From a virus (lineage: Duplodnaviria; Caudoviricetes), in the IMG/VR virus record IMGVR_UViG_3300007515_000008, positions 1 to 63,835 of that record: DNA of 63,835 nucleotides. The stretch is one strand, 5' to 3'. The notes below the pieces were generated by a model, which saw nothing but the letters and a program-made list of their open reading frames with translations, was not told where the DNA came from and did no database searches. Numbering within the stretch: the first letter of the stretch is position 1; each line of letters opens with the position of its first letter. Made by a program: the position numbers and the translations under genes. This document shows positions 39,894-47,350 of this stretch, piece after piece.

Positions 39894-40268
39894 TTACCAC
39901 GGATAGACTCTTGCAGAGCCAGCATCGTGCCATTCAATAATGCAATTATTATTATCTGCAATATTTTCAAGTTCTGAATGAATCCAAGGACAGCCATTAC
40001 AACTGCCATAACCCTCGTATTCTCCGTAGTAGTTTAACCACTTGTAGCTGTGTGGTTCTTCAGCACTTATACCAAATGAAGTCGCACGACCTTTTTCGTC
40101 TTCTTCATATGATCCGTCAGAGTAGGTTTCAAATATAGGTACATTACCTATACTTTTGCCTTCAATATCTTCAACATATAATTTCTTCATTTGATTTAGT
40201 GCAGTTCTTAAATTTCTTTTCATTTTCATTTTATTACTCCTTTGTTTTATGTAATGGATCTTTTTCAA
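39894..40268 (-). CDS. Hypothetical early protein
   Basis: ORF; likely start about 40229 after AAGGAG. Confidence 0.55.
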   Translation of the reverse strand: MKKIHYIKQRSNKMKMKRNLRTALNQMKKLYVEDIEGKSIGNVPIFETYSDGSYEEDEKGRATSFGISAEEPHSYKWLNYYGEYEGYGSCNGCPWIHSELENIADNNNCIIEWHDAGSARVYPW

Positions 40269-40755
40269 GTTCGATTTTTATTCTTTCTAATCGATCTTTT
40301 AATAATGGATTTACATACTTTAAATCGACTTCTGGCATCCAATATTCCCATAATGCTAACATGATATCGCCAAATGGTCCATTTTCCCAACGATCAAACA
40401 TGTTTATGTTGTTTAAACGGTCTATCGGACTACATCTGCGGAAACATTGTTTTGCTATTCTTTCGATTTCAGTATATATTTCCTTATTCGTACATTCACC
40501 AGATTCAATCATAGCAACAATAATCTCAGCAGTTGAATCTTTTGCAAGATTAATAACTACTTGAGTTTTTTGATACGTATTATTGTTGTATAAGTGTATT
40601 AGTTGCTCAATATCATCGTTATCCAATTCATATAAATGATCTGGATTAGATCTATTTAGCAGTTTTTGTACGCTTTCTCTTAGCTTTATATCGCCGTGCG
40701 ACATTGCTCTTTTTAACTTTGACATAGCTTTTACCTCCAAAGTATTGTTGAACAT
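40234..40755 (-). CDS. Hypothetical early protein
   Basis: ORF; likely start MSKLK at about 40725 after GGAGGT. Confidence 0.55.
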   Translation of the reverse strand: MFNNTLEVKAMSKLKRAMSHGDIKLRESVQKLLNRSNPDHLYELDNDDIEQLIHLYNNNTYQKTQVVINLAKDSTAEIIVAMIESGECTNKEIYTEIERIAKQCFRRCSPIDRLNNINMFDRWENGPFGDIMLALWEYWMPEVDLKYVNPLLKDRLERIKIELEKDPLHKTKE

Positions 40756-40915
40756 CTACCCATAATGGGTAGTTCCCATCTTTATCTTTATCAAACTTGG
40801 TATATGTTACACCATTTTTAGTTTGATATGTGATAAAAATTCCTTTTTCTTTGAGTTTACTAGCAACCCAACTTAGTCGTCTTAAGGTCGACCATTTCTT
40901 TTTAGTCTTTTTCAT
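40652..40915 (-). CDS. Hypothetical basic protein
   Basis: 87-aa Lys-rich ORF with GGAG RBS. Confidence 0.5.
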   Translation of the reverse strand: MKKTKKKWSTLRRLSWVASKLKEKGIFITYQTKNGVTYTKFDKDKDGNYPLWVDVQQYFGGKSYVKVKKSNVARRYKAKRKRTKTAK

Positions 40916-40916
40916 A

Positions 40917-41219
40917 TTATCTCCATCCTAGTTTCTTTTCAAGATATTGCACGTTGTTTTTTAATTGGAAGTTATCTTCATTCATCATATGATTTTCATT
41001 TTGTAATCGAAATATTGTCGCTTCCATTTCTAAACTGTCTTGCATTAATTTATCATATCGCTCTGCCCATGCTTCTAGTGATTCATTGTCTTCTATATCT
41101 TTTTCAATTTCAGTTTTTTGTTTTTGAACTTTATCTTTTATATATTGTTCTTTAACTTTTTCTAATATTTCAGAATTATCTACTATATCACATGCTTTTG
41201 TATATTCATTTATACTCAT
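40917..41219 (-). CDS. Coiled-coil early protein
   Basis: ORF with TAAGGAG RBS. Confidence 0.55.
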   Translation of the reverse strand: MSINEYTKACDIVDNSEILEKVKEQYIKDKVQKQKTEIEKDIEDNESLEAWAERYDKLMQDSLEMEATIFRLQNENHMMNEDNFQLKNNVQYLEKKLGWR

Positions 41220-41229
41220 ATTATACTCC

Positions 41230-41445
41230 TTATTCTAAGTTTTTCTTGACTTGTTCGTCAAATTGTTGGAATGAATGACAGTTACAGTATCTTTCTTGGT
41301 GTATTGCAGCTACCAATTCAAGATTTGGATGTATTAAACTGTCACATTTTTTACAGCGCTCACCTTCAGCCGCTATAATGTTTTTAATGTATGTTTGGTA
41401 CATTAATTTTTTTGTTGCTAATAACATTTTGTTTCTCCTTTTCAA
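41230..41445 (-). CDS. Small Cys-containing protein
   Basis: CKKC...CNCH; likely start MLLAT after AAGGAG. Confidence 0.5.
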   Translation of the reverse strand: MKRRNKMLLATKKLMYQTYIKNIIAAEGERCKKCDSLIHPNLELVAAIHQERYCNCHSFQQFDEQVKKNLE

Positions 41446-41451
41446 AAATTA

Positions 41452-41507
41452 AAATTACATTTGTAAAACTACATTTGCGAAGCTACATTTGCGAAACTAC
41501 ATTTGTC
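41452..41507. repeat. 4 x 14-bp tandem repeat (AAACTACATTTGCG consensus)
   Basis: aaattacatttgta, aaactacatttgcg, aagctacatttgcg, aaactacatttgtc; intergenic. Confidence 0.9.
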
Positions 41508-41731
41508 GCACTGACCTTAACGAACTCTATCGTCTACAGTGGCTTGGCTTATCTACCTACCATGCCCTGATTTCGGTTTTAAGTCCTGTTTAAAATAACC
41601 TCTCTTACATTTCAATCTATATATTTTCTTGAAGATAGTACTCCTTATATAGATGGTTAAGATCTCTTTCTTTTATGTCTCGAAATCTTTAAGACTTTTC
41701 ATTTCATAGGCATCTCCTTATATTTATGAAA

Positions 41732-42007
41732 TTATTGTGTTACTTCTTTAAGTGATACAGCAAGCTTTTCAATACAATCAAGTTCATGAATACCTTCTTG
41801 AATTACATTGAGCAAAATATGGTGTTTCAATTCTGCTGTTGTTGTAACATCAGGTGGTATTCTAACACAAAACATTTGATCTTTATTTGTTTCAGCTATT
41901 TCTATCGCTTTTTCTGGAATTATCTTATTGTGACCAACTAACCAAGCTACCTGGTCTTTTTCAGTTAATTCCGCAGTCCAGTCTTTTGGACTATCTCTTA
42001 TAATCAT
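41732..42007 (-). CDS. Hypothetical early protein
   Basis: ORF with AGGAG RBS. Confidence 0.55.
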   Translation of the reverse strand: MIIRDSPKDWTAELTEKDQVAWLVGHNKIIPEKAIEIAETNKDQMFCVRIPPDVTTTAELKHHILLNVIQEGIHELDCIEKLAVSLKEVTQ

Positions 42008-42131
42008 GATCTTTCTCCTATCATGAGTGATTCTTACTAATCAGTGTTAATAATTCTTAACTGATCGTAAGCTAGAAAAGCAATGAGAGCAACTGACGCT
42101 GCTCCCATCACTATAAGCAATATCACCAGCA

Positions 42132-42470
42132 TTAAGCTTGTGTTTCTTCTGGTAATATTTCGACGACTTTGTAAGCGTTCACAAAGACATCTGTTTTCCA
42201 AGAACCGTCGACATTTTTCTCTGTCTTCTCGATTCTTGCTTCTACAGATACTTTCGTACCCTTCTTAAGTCCTTCGATCGCTTTGCGAGCGGTATTCGCG
42301 AACACAGTCACGAACCACCATGTGGGTTCTCTTTTAACCCAAGACTTTGTAGTCTCATCATAGTAGTCGTTTGATTCAGCGATACGGAGCTTTCCAAACT
42401 CCTTACCGTTTTTCGCTTTACCCATTTCTGAGTCTTGGCCTAAATGACCAACAAACGTTAACTTTGCCAT
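42132..42470 (-). CDS. ssb: Bacterial-type single-stranded DNA-binding protein (OB fold, no acidic tail)
   Basis: LTFVGHLGQDSE...LRIA...PTWWFVTVF...LKKGTKVSVEARI. Confidence 0.85.
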   Translation of the reverse strand: MAKLTFVGHLGQDSEMGKAKNGKEFGKLRIAESNDYYDETTKSWVKREPTWWFVTVFANTARKAIEGLKKGTKVSVEARIEKTEKNVDGSWKTDVFVNAYKVVEILPEETQA

Positions 42471-42487
42471 AATAATTCTCCTTATAA

Positions 42488-42647
42488 TGACAGTTTATGC
42501 CCGAATAGCCCATCTATTCGGATCGGTTTAAGGATCGACGATCCTTATGTGAGCACACTCACACTAAACTGGAATGTACTCAGATAAAGAAAGTGAGCAG
42601 TTTTAACACATGTGACCACGCTCAGGATAACGTGTCTGCTCAGGTGC
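42488..42647 (-). promoter_or_regulatory. Structured RNA leader upstream of ssb
   Basis: Several stems with G-U pairs in - sense; loop CAGTTTA is complementary to TAAACTG near the RBS. Confidence 0.6.
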
Positions 42648-42658
42648 GGAGAGTTTAT

Positions 42659-42892
42659 TTAAGTGTATCCTGGATGACCTTTTTCTTTCATTCTTTTAAC
42701 ATGGTCATCATGTAGATCACTTCTATTACTACAGTCTACACTATTGTGATCAGTATATTCTATACATAATGCAGTTAAATGTTTCTTTAATCTCCATTTG
42801 CTTAAAGGTATAAAATCATCTAATCTATCTTCTAAATCATCTATTTTATATTCAAGATGTTGTATTTTCTTCATTAGTTCTTTTGTTGACAT
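42659..42892 (-). CDS. Hypothetical early protein
   Basis: ORF with TAAGGAG RBS. Confidence 0.55.
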   Translation of the reverse strand: MSTKELMKKIQHLEYKIDDLEDRLDDFIPLSKWRLKKHLTALCIEYTDHNSVDCSNRSDLHDDHVKRMKEKGHPGYT

Positions 42893-42954
42893 ATATTACT
42901 CCTTATAATTAAAAAATGCGGCCTTTTTACTTGGATACCGCAGCAAGGTCGACC

Positions 42955-43146
42955 TTAGATCTCGTTGTATCGCTCTTTCCAGCGTACGAATTCTTCATAG
43001 AGTTCTGGATCATCGAATTTTAGCTCTATGATTGGAGCTTCTAATTCGTTGAGCGACATTTGTCGCATCTCAAATGATCCTTCAGCTCCCATGAATTCTT
43101 CATAGAGAACGAGATCGTTTCTGGCTTTCGCCATTTTCTCAACCAT
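42955..43146 (-). CDS. Hypothetical early protein
   Basis: ORF with AAGGAGG RBS. Confidence 0.55.
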   Translation of the reverse strand: MVEKMAKARNDLVLYEEFMGAEGSFEMRQMSLNELEAPIIELKFDDPELYEEFVRWKERYNEI

Positions 43147-43494
43147 GATAACCTCCTTTAGTTATTATAGTTTATTAGAAATATGATTAGAAATATTAAA
43201 GAGACTGCTAAAATCTTCCACAATCTCTTCATTTCTGAATCCCAAGCAAATGTTCTTTCGATCCATTTGTTCTTCATTATATCTCCTTATATTTAATCTC
43301 AGCTTCATTACTAAGATTCGATCAAGTGATCGGCAATAGGACCTCTTTCGAAGCCCTATTAACTGTCACTTATATTTGTCATTGATGCGATCGTTCATGT
43401 CCATGAAGAACGGAACGAATACACAACATAATCCAATGATACCAAATACAAATATCATTAGATGAATCGCGAAATGTTCTAACATAATAGTCTC

Positions 43495-43806
43495 CTATGA
43501 TTTAGAAGGTATAGGCTCGATAAGATCTTTCACTTCTATCAAGTGTCTTACAACATCTCGAGCGTCTAGATACTTTAAAGTATCATCAGTAATATGAGTA
43601 TCGTAAGTAATATCACCTTTCTGATCTAGCACTGCCATCTCGAAATAGCGAACATCTTTACTGATACTGTATTCATCGGGTTTTCTATATACATTGTACA
43701 TAGTGTTCACGACGCTGGCTCCATAACCATTAGGGAATTTATATATCGTCACAAATCCATAAGAATTCTCCCTTTCTTTCACGATATATTGGTCGAAATC
43801 TGACAT
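43495..43806 (-). CDS. Conserved phage early protein
   Basis: YKFPNGYGASVV...EMAVL...ITYDT motif recalled from other phages. Confidence 0.65.
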   Translation of the reverse strand: MSDFDQYIVKERENSYGFVTIYKFPNGYGASVVNTMYNVYRKPDEYSISKDVRYFEMAVLDQKGDITYDTHITDDTLKYLDARDVVRHLIEVKDLIEPIPSKS

Positions 43807-43842
43807 AATAATCTCCTTATAATGTCGTTAAAAAGATCATAG

Positions 43843-43864
43843 ATTCGACCACTCCCTTATAGAG
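43843..43864 (+). promoter_or_regulatory. Candidate phage RNAP promoter for the late arm, ATTCGACCACTCCCTTATAGAG
   Basis: Exact inverted copy of 32379..32400; intergenic; points toward terminase and structural genes. Confidence 0.7.
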
Positions 43865-43951
43865 AAGAAATATAAGGTAAGACTGAATGAATCTGAATCT
43901 ATGATATTCCCTTGGGCAAGGAATTAGATAATCCCTATATGCCCAAAGCAA

Positions 43952-44242
43952 TTATAGACAGCCCCATTTCTTGAGCTGTGATTTACTAAAATCTCCATAC
44001 TGTTGCAGATTTTTAAGATCTTCTGCTTCTTCTTGGAGTCTTTCTTTGTGTTCAGCATTAGCTTTATCACAAAGATCCTTTAGTTCTATCTGACGATCTT
44101 TTTCAGATAATTTAGAGAATTCGTTTCTTGAGAATTCTCCAGGTCTTGAACCAAATACATCTTTAAAAGCATCACTAAAGAATTGTAGATCAGCTTCTAA
44201 AGGTGTGTAATCTTGCCACGGATCTCTACGTTTTACTGACAT
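43952..44242 (-). CDS. Hypothetical early protein
   Basis: FFSDAFKDVFGSRP motif; AAGGAG RBS. Confidence 0.6.
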   Translation of the reverse strand: MSVKRRDPWQDYTPLEADLQFFSDAFKDVFGSRPGEFSRNEFSKLSEKDRQIELKDLCDKANAEHKERLQEEAEDLKNLQQYGDFSKSQLKKWGCL

Positions 44243-44432
44243 AATACTCTCCTTTATAATTAAGGATCACATGGTTTAAAGTCTCGTGATCTAAAAAGAC
44301 TATGTTAATAAACTGTAAGATCACAGTGTATTAAGATAATCTTTGGGTAAGACAAAGCGTGCAATCACAGTGTCACCTTGTGGTCAACATGTGGTATCTA
44401 CAAAGTAATTACACGCATATATCTCTTATCTC

Positions 44433-44765
44433 TTATCTCTTCCAGGCTCCGATCGTGTTGAGGCCTATAGACTCAAGATCGTCCGCAGAGAATACATCCT
44501 CTGGAGAGACCGTAACAGTCTTAATGTAAGAGAAGTGGTTATCCCTAAGATCTACTTGCACTTCGGCTTGTAATGCATCATTAAACCAGATGTGAGTGTG
44601 ATCACCCAGAATAGAGTGAGTCCACTTAGTAGAGTTATGGACGTACGATACTACATTCTTAATGGCTTGCTTGCTAAGGCTAGCGATGTAGTGACTACGA
44701 TCTGTTGGATTTAGATCGTTTAGTTTTTTGATCATTGATTGATCGGGATTTAATTTGTATTTCAT
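44433..44765 (-). CDS. First gene of the early arm, hypothetical
   Basis: 110-aa ORF with AAGGAG RBS. Confidence 0.6.
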   Translation of the reverse strand: MKYKLNPDQSMIKKLNDLNPTDRSHYIASLSKQAIKNVVSYVHNSTKWTHSILGDHTHIWFNDALQAEVQVDLRDNHFSYIKTVTVSPEDVFSADDLESIGLNTIGAWKR

Positions 44766-44820
44766 TTGATATCTCCTTTATTATTATAAAAGTGCATAGT
44801 AAATAATGCACATGAGCTCT

Positions 44821-44876
44821 TGATCTTGATCTCTTATCTCTGATCTCTTGATCTGAAGCTCGGGGGCACTTGATCT
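44821..44876. repeat. Cluster of five TGATCT hexamers and ATCTCTT heptamers at the divergent junction
   Basis: TGATCT at 44821, 44827, 44841, 44849 and 44871; ATCTCTT x3 also at 44421..44441. Confidence 0.8.
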
Positions 44877-44924
44877 TATGCTCGTAGGCTCTTTATATAG
44901 ATTTAACCCACAGGTGATAAACAT

Positions 44925-45185
44925 ATGAAAAATGAGAAAACACCATTGGATGGTGAGGAATTTATGGAATCAGTATATAAAAAAGAATTGGGTCCTGATT
45001 TTGCTACAGTGGAAAGCGGAGTCGCAATTGGGGAAATAGATTGGACGAAGGATTCAGAATATATACGATTATTTGGAGATAATAGGCCGCCTCCACTGCC
45101 GCCTATGTCTCCATTCGAACATTTAAAAAAATTTAAAAATCAATTAAAGAAAGAATTATTTCCCAAAGGAATTTTACCAAAGTAA
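44925..45185 (+). CDS. Hypothetical protein, first gene of the late arm
   Basis: 86-aa ORF with AGGTG RBS. Confidence 0.55.
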   Translation: MKNEKTPLDGEEFMESVYKKELGPDFATVESGVAIGEIDWTKDSEYIRLFGDNRPPPLPPMSPFEHLKKFKNQLKKELFPKGILPK

Positions 45186-45250
45186 AAAATTATTTAGAAA
45201 ACGTACAGAGCTCTCAACAGAGCCCATTCGTATCGACAGGATCGCTACGT

Positions 45251-45306
45251 AAGAACATACAGGGAAAGCAGCAGCCTCGGGGTTGCTACAGTTCTGTATG
45301 TTTTTT
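45251..45306 (+). promoter_or_regulatory. Long hairpin plus U-run before terS (attenuator or processing site)
   Basis: AACATACAGGG...TTCTGTATGTT outer stem, AGCAGCC-TCGG-GGTTGCT inner stem, then a T-run. Confidence 0.55.
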
Positions 45307-45330
45307 AAATCATTTAATATAGGAGGAAGT

Positions 45331-45687
45331 ATGCCATTTAAGAAAGGCGAACCTCAACATCCTAACGCTATGGCTCAACATTGGAAGAAAGGGGAGTCCG
45401 GGAATCCTAATGGAAAACCTGTTGGCTCAAAAAATAAATTAACCCTGACGAAGGAAGCTTTTAGTAGGGGTGAAGGTTTGAGTCCCGCCGATATGCTGGT
45501 GGAGATTGCAAGGAGGAACTTTGCACAACAGACGACTGCAGGTGATAGTTTAGCGATGAAAGCGATTATCGAGGCGAATAAGTTTATTGAGCCTACTGCG
45601 GATATAGAAAGTATTAAAGAGAATGTTAAAGATGTATCTACAGAAGAGTTGCAGGCAAGAGTATTAAAACTTGTGAGCAATAAGTAG
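45331..45687 (+). CDS. terS: Terminase small subunit
   Basis: WKKGESGNPNGKPVGSKNK motif; AGGAGG RBS; precedes TerL. Confidence 0.75.
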   Translation: MPFKKGEPQHPNAMAQHWKKGESGNPNGKPVGSKNKLTLTKEAFSRGEGLSPADMLVEIARRNFAQQTTAGDSLAMKAIIEANKFIEPTADIESIKENVKDVSTEELQARVLKLVSNK

Positions 45688-45695
45688 GAGACGCT

Positions 45696-47336
45696 ATGCC
45701 AAGCGAAGATGAGTTGTTGGAAGCAGTTGAAGAGCTTGAGAAAAGAAAGCAATGGGAGATTTGGAAAAATGATCCTGAAGCTTTTATTAATGAATGTTTA
45801 TATATTTATCCTAAAGATGCAGCGCTGGGTAAAATAAAACTTAAGATCAATTCAGCGCAAAAGATTGTTGTCGATGAGTTTAATCGGCAGATGAATAAAT
45901 ATGGTCGTGTTCGAATGATCATATCTAAATACCGCCAAGCTGGGTTCAGTACGATAAGTTCTGCCTTGATATTTCACAGAGCTTTATTCTACCAATCCAC
46001 GAGGGCGGTTATTATATCTTTAGATAAACCCACGACGGAAAGTATTTTTAGTATGTCTAAAACTTTCTACGAGGATTTGCCAAAGGATATACAACCCGAG
46101 TTAAGTGCATCGAATAAAAGGGAAATGAAATTTGTAGACAACGGGTCGATGTACCGTTGTTTTACTGCAGGCGCAGATAACCCCGGAAGAGGGACAACTA
46201 ACACTGCCTTGCTATGTGACGAAACTGCTTTCTTCCAGAGTGCAGAGAAGGTTATGGCTGGACTATTCCAGTCTATTTCACTCTCTCCTGGAACGATAAT
46301 CATTATCAATTCTACGTCTAACGGGGCGCAGGGGGTGTATTATGATCTATGGCATAAAGCAGAACAAAAATTAGGGAATTTTACATCGTTGTTCGTACCT
46401 TGGTATATCCAGGACGAATACAGAATTGCAGTACCAGATGGTATTGTATTAACATCTGAAGAGGAGAAACTTAAAGAAGAGTGGAACCTAGATGATGAAC
46501 AGATTTATTGGAGACGAATAAAAATAGCAGAAACATCTTCTATTTTATTCAAACAGGAATACCCGTTTACCGCACAGGAAAGCTTTATACAATCAGGATC
46601 TAATGTATTTGATGTTGAAGTAATCAACCAGTATATGCCTTCACCACCTGAATCTATAAGAAGATTTAATAAGGAATATGCTAGCTTTGACGAGAATGTC
46701 GAAGGAGAGTTGCAAGTATGGGAACCGCCGAAAAGAGAAAGTAAATATCTCATCGGCGCGGACGTCGCCGGTGGGGTCGGCGGGGATTATTCTGCGGCAG
46801 TTGTGATGGATAGCAATAGAAATATTGTCGCGTTGTACAGAAATAACAGGATTGATCCTGTATTTTTTGGACATGTATTATTTTATTTAGGCAGATGGTA
46901 TAACAATTGTTTACTAGCTCCTGAATCTAATTCTATTGGATTGGCTACGATACAACAGTTACATTCAATGAATTATCCGAATCTATATCAACAGAGAAAA
47001 ACAGCTAATGTTAATTTAGGCCATGATATAAATTCATATGGATTTAAAACTACGGTAAGTACTAAGGTACCTATCATATCTAATTTACAGGCTATGATTA
47101 AGGATTATGATATAAGTATTCCTTCAAGTCTTATTTTAAGTGAATTAAAGAATTATATATTAGTAGGTGAAAACAATAGGATGCAAGCCGCTGCAGGTCA
47201 TCATGATGATACTGTTATGGCTACTGCTATTACTTGTGAAGCTTATAGAACACATGGTAATTCTTTAACAAATAGAAAGTTCTCCTTTGGAGAAATGAAT
47301 CAACATACATATACAGATGATACTAATTGGCTGTAA
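45696..47336 (+). CDS. terL: Terminase large subunit
   Basis: KYRQAGFST Walker A, LLCDE Walker B, STSNG, IGADVAGG...DYS and HDDTVMA nuclease motifs. Confidence 0.95.
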   Translation: MPSEDELLEAVEELEKRKQWEIWKNDPEAFINECLYIYPKDAALGKIKLKINSAQKIVVDEFNRQMNKYGRVRMIISKYRQAGFSTISSALIFHRALFYQSTRAVIISLDKPTTESIFSMSKTFYEDLPKDIQPELSASNKREMKFVDNGSMYRCFTAGADNPGRGTTNTALLCDETAFFQSAEKVMAGLFQSISLSPGTIIIINSTSNGAQGVYYDLWHKAEQKLGNFTSLFVPWYIQDEYRIAVPDGIVLTSEEEKLKEEWNLDDEQIYWRRIKIAETSSILFKQEYPFTAQESFIQSGSNVFDVEVINQYMPSPPESIRRFNKEYASFDENVEGELQVWEPPKRESKYLIGADVAGGVGGDYSAAVVMDSNRNIVALYRNNRIDPVFFGHVLFYLGRWYNNCLLAPESNSIGLATIQQLHSMNYPNLYQQRKTANVNLGHDINSYGFKTTVSTKVPIISNLQAMIKDYDISIPSSLILSELKNYILVGENNRMQAAAGHHDDTVMATAITCEAYRTHGNSLTNRKFSFGEMNQHTYTDDTNWL

Positions 47337-47350
47337 CTGAGAGAGGGAGT

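Noticed and set aside
41452-41507. Possible mini-CRISPR array
   Set aside because: Units are 14 bp, contiguous, without spacers, and there are no cas genes
41552-41647. TAAGGAG RBS followed by an ATC-initiated 27-codon frame on the - strand
   Set aside because: Non-canonical start, very short and no homology evidence; may be a decayed gene, so not called
42594-42647. Pistol- or twister-like ribozyme
   Set aside because: Only short matches such as CCTGAGCGT; the full conserved architecture cannot be assembled
32379-43864. 22-bp inverted repeats as transposon or invertible-segment ends
   Set aside because: No transposase or site-specific recombinase seen; sequence and position fit promoters better, though inversion is not formally excluded
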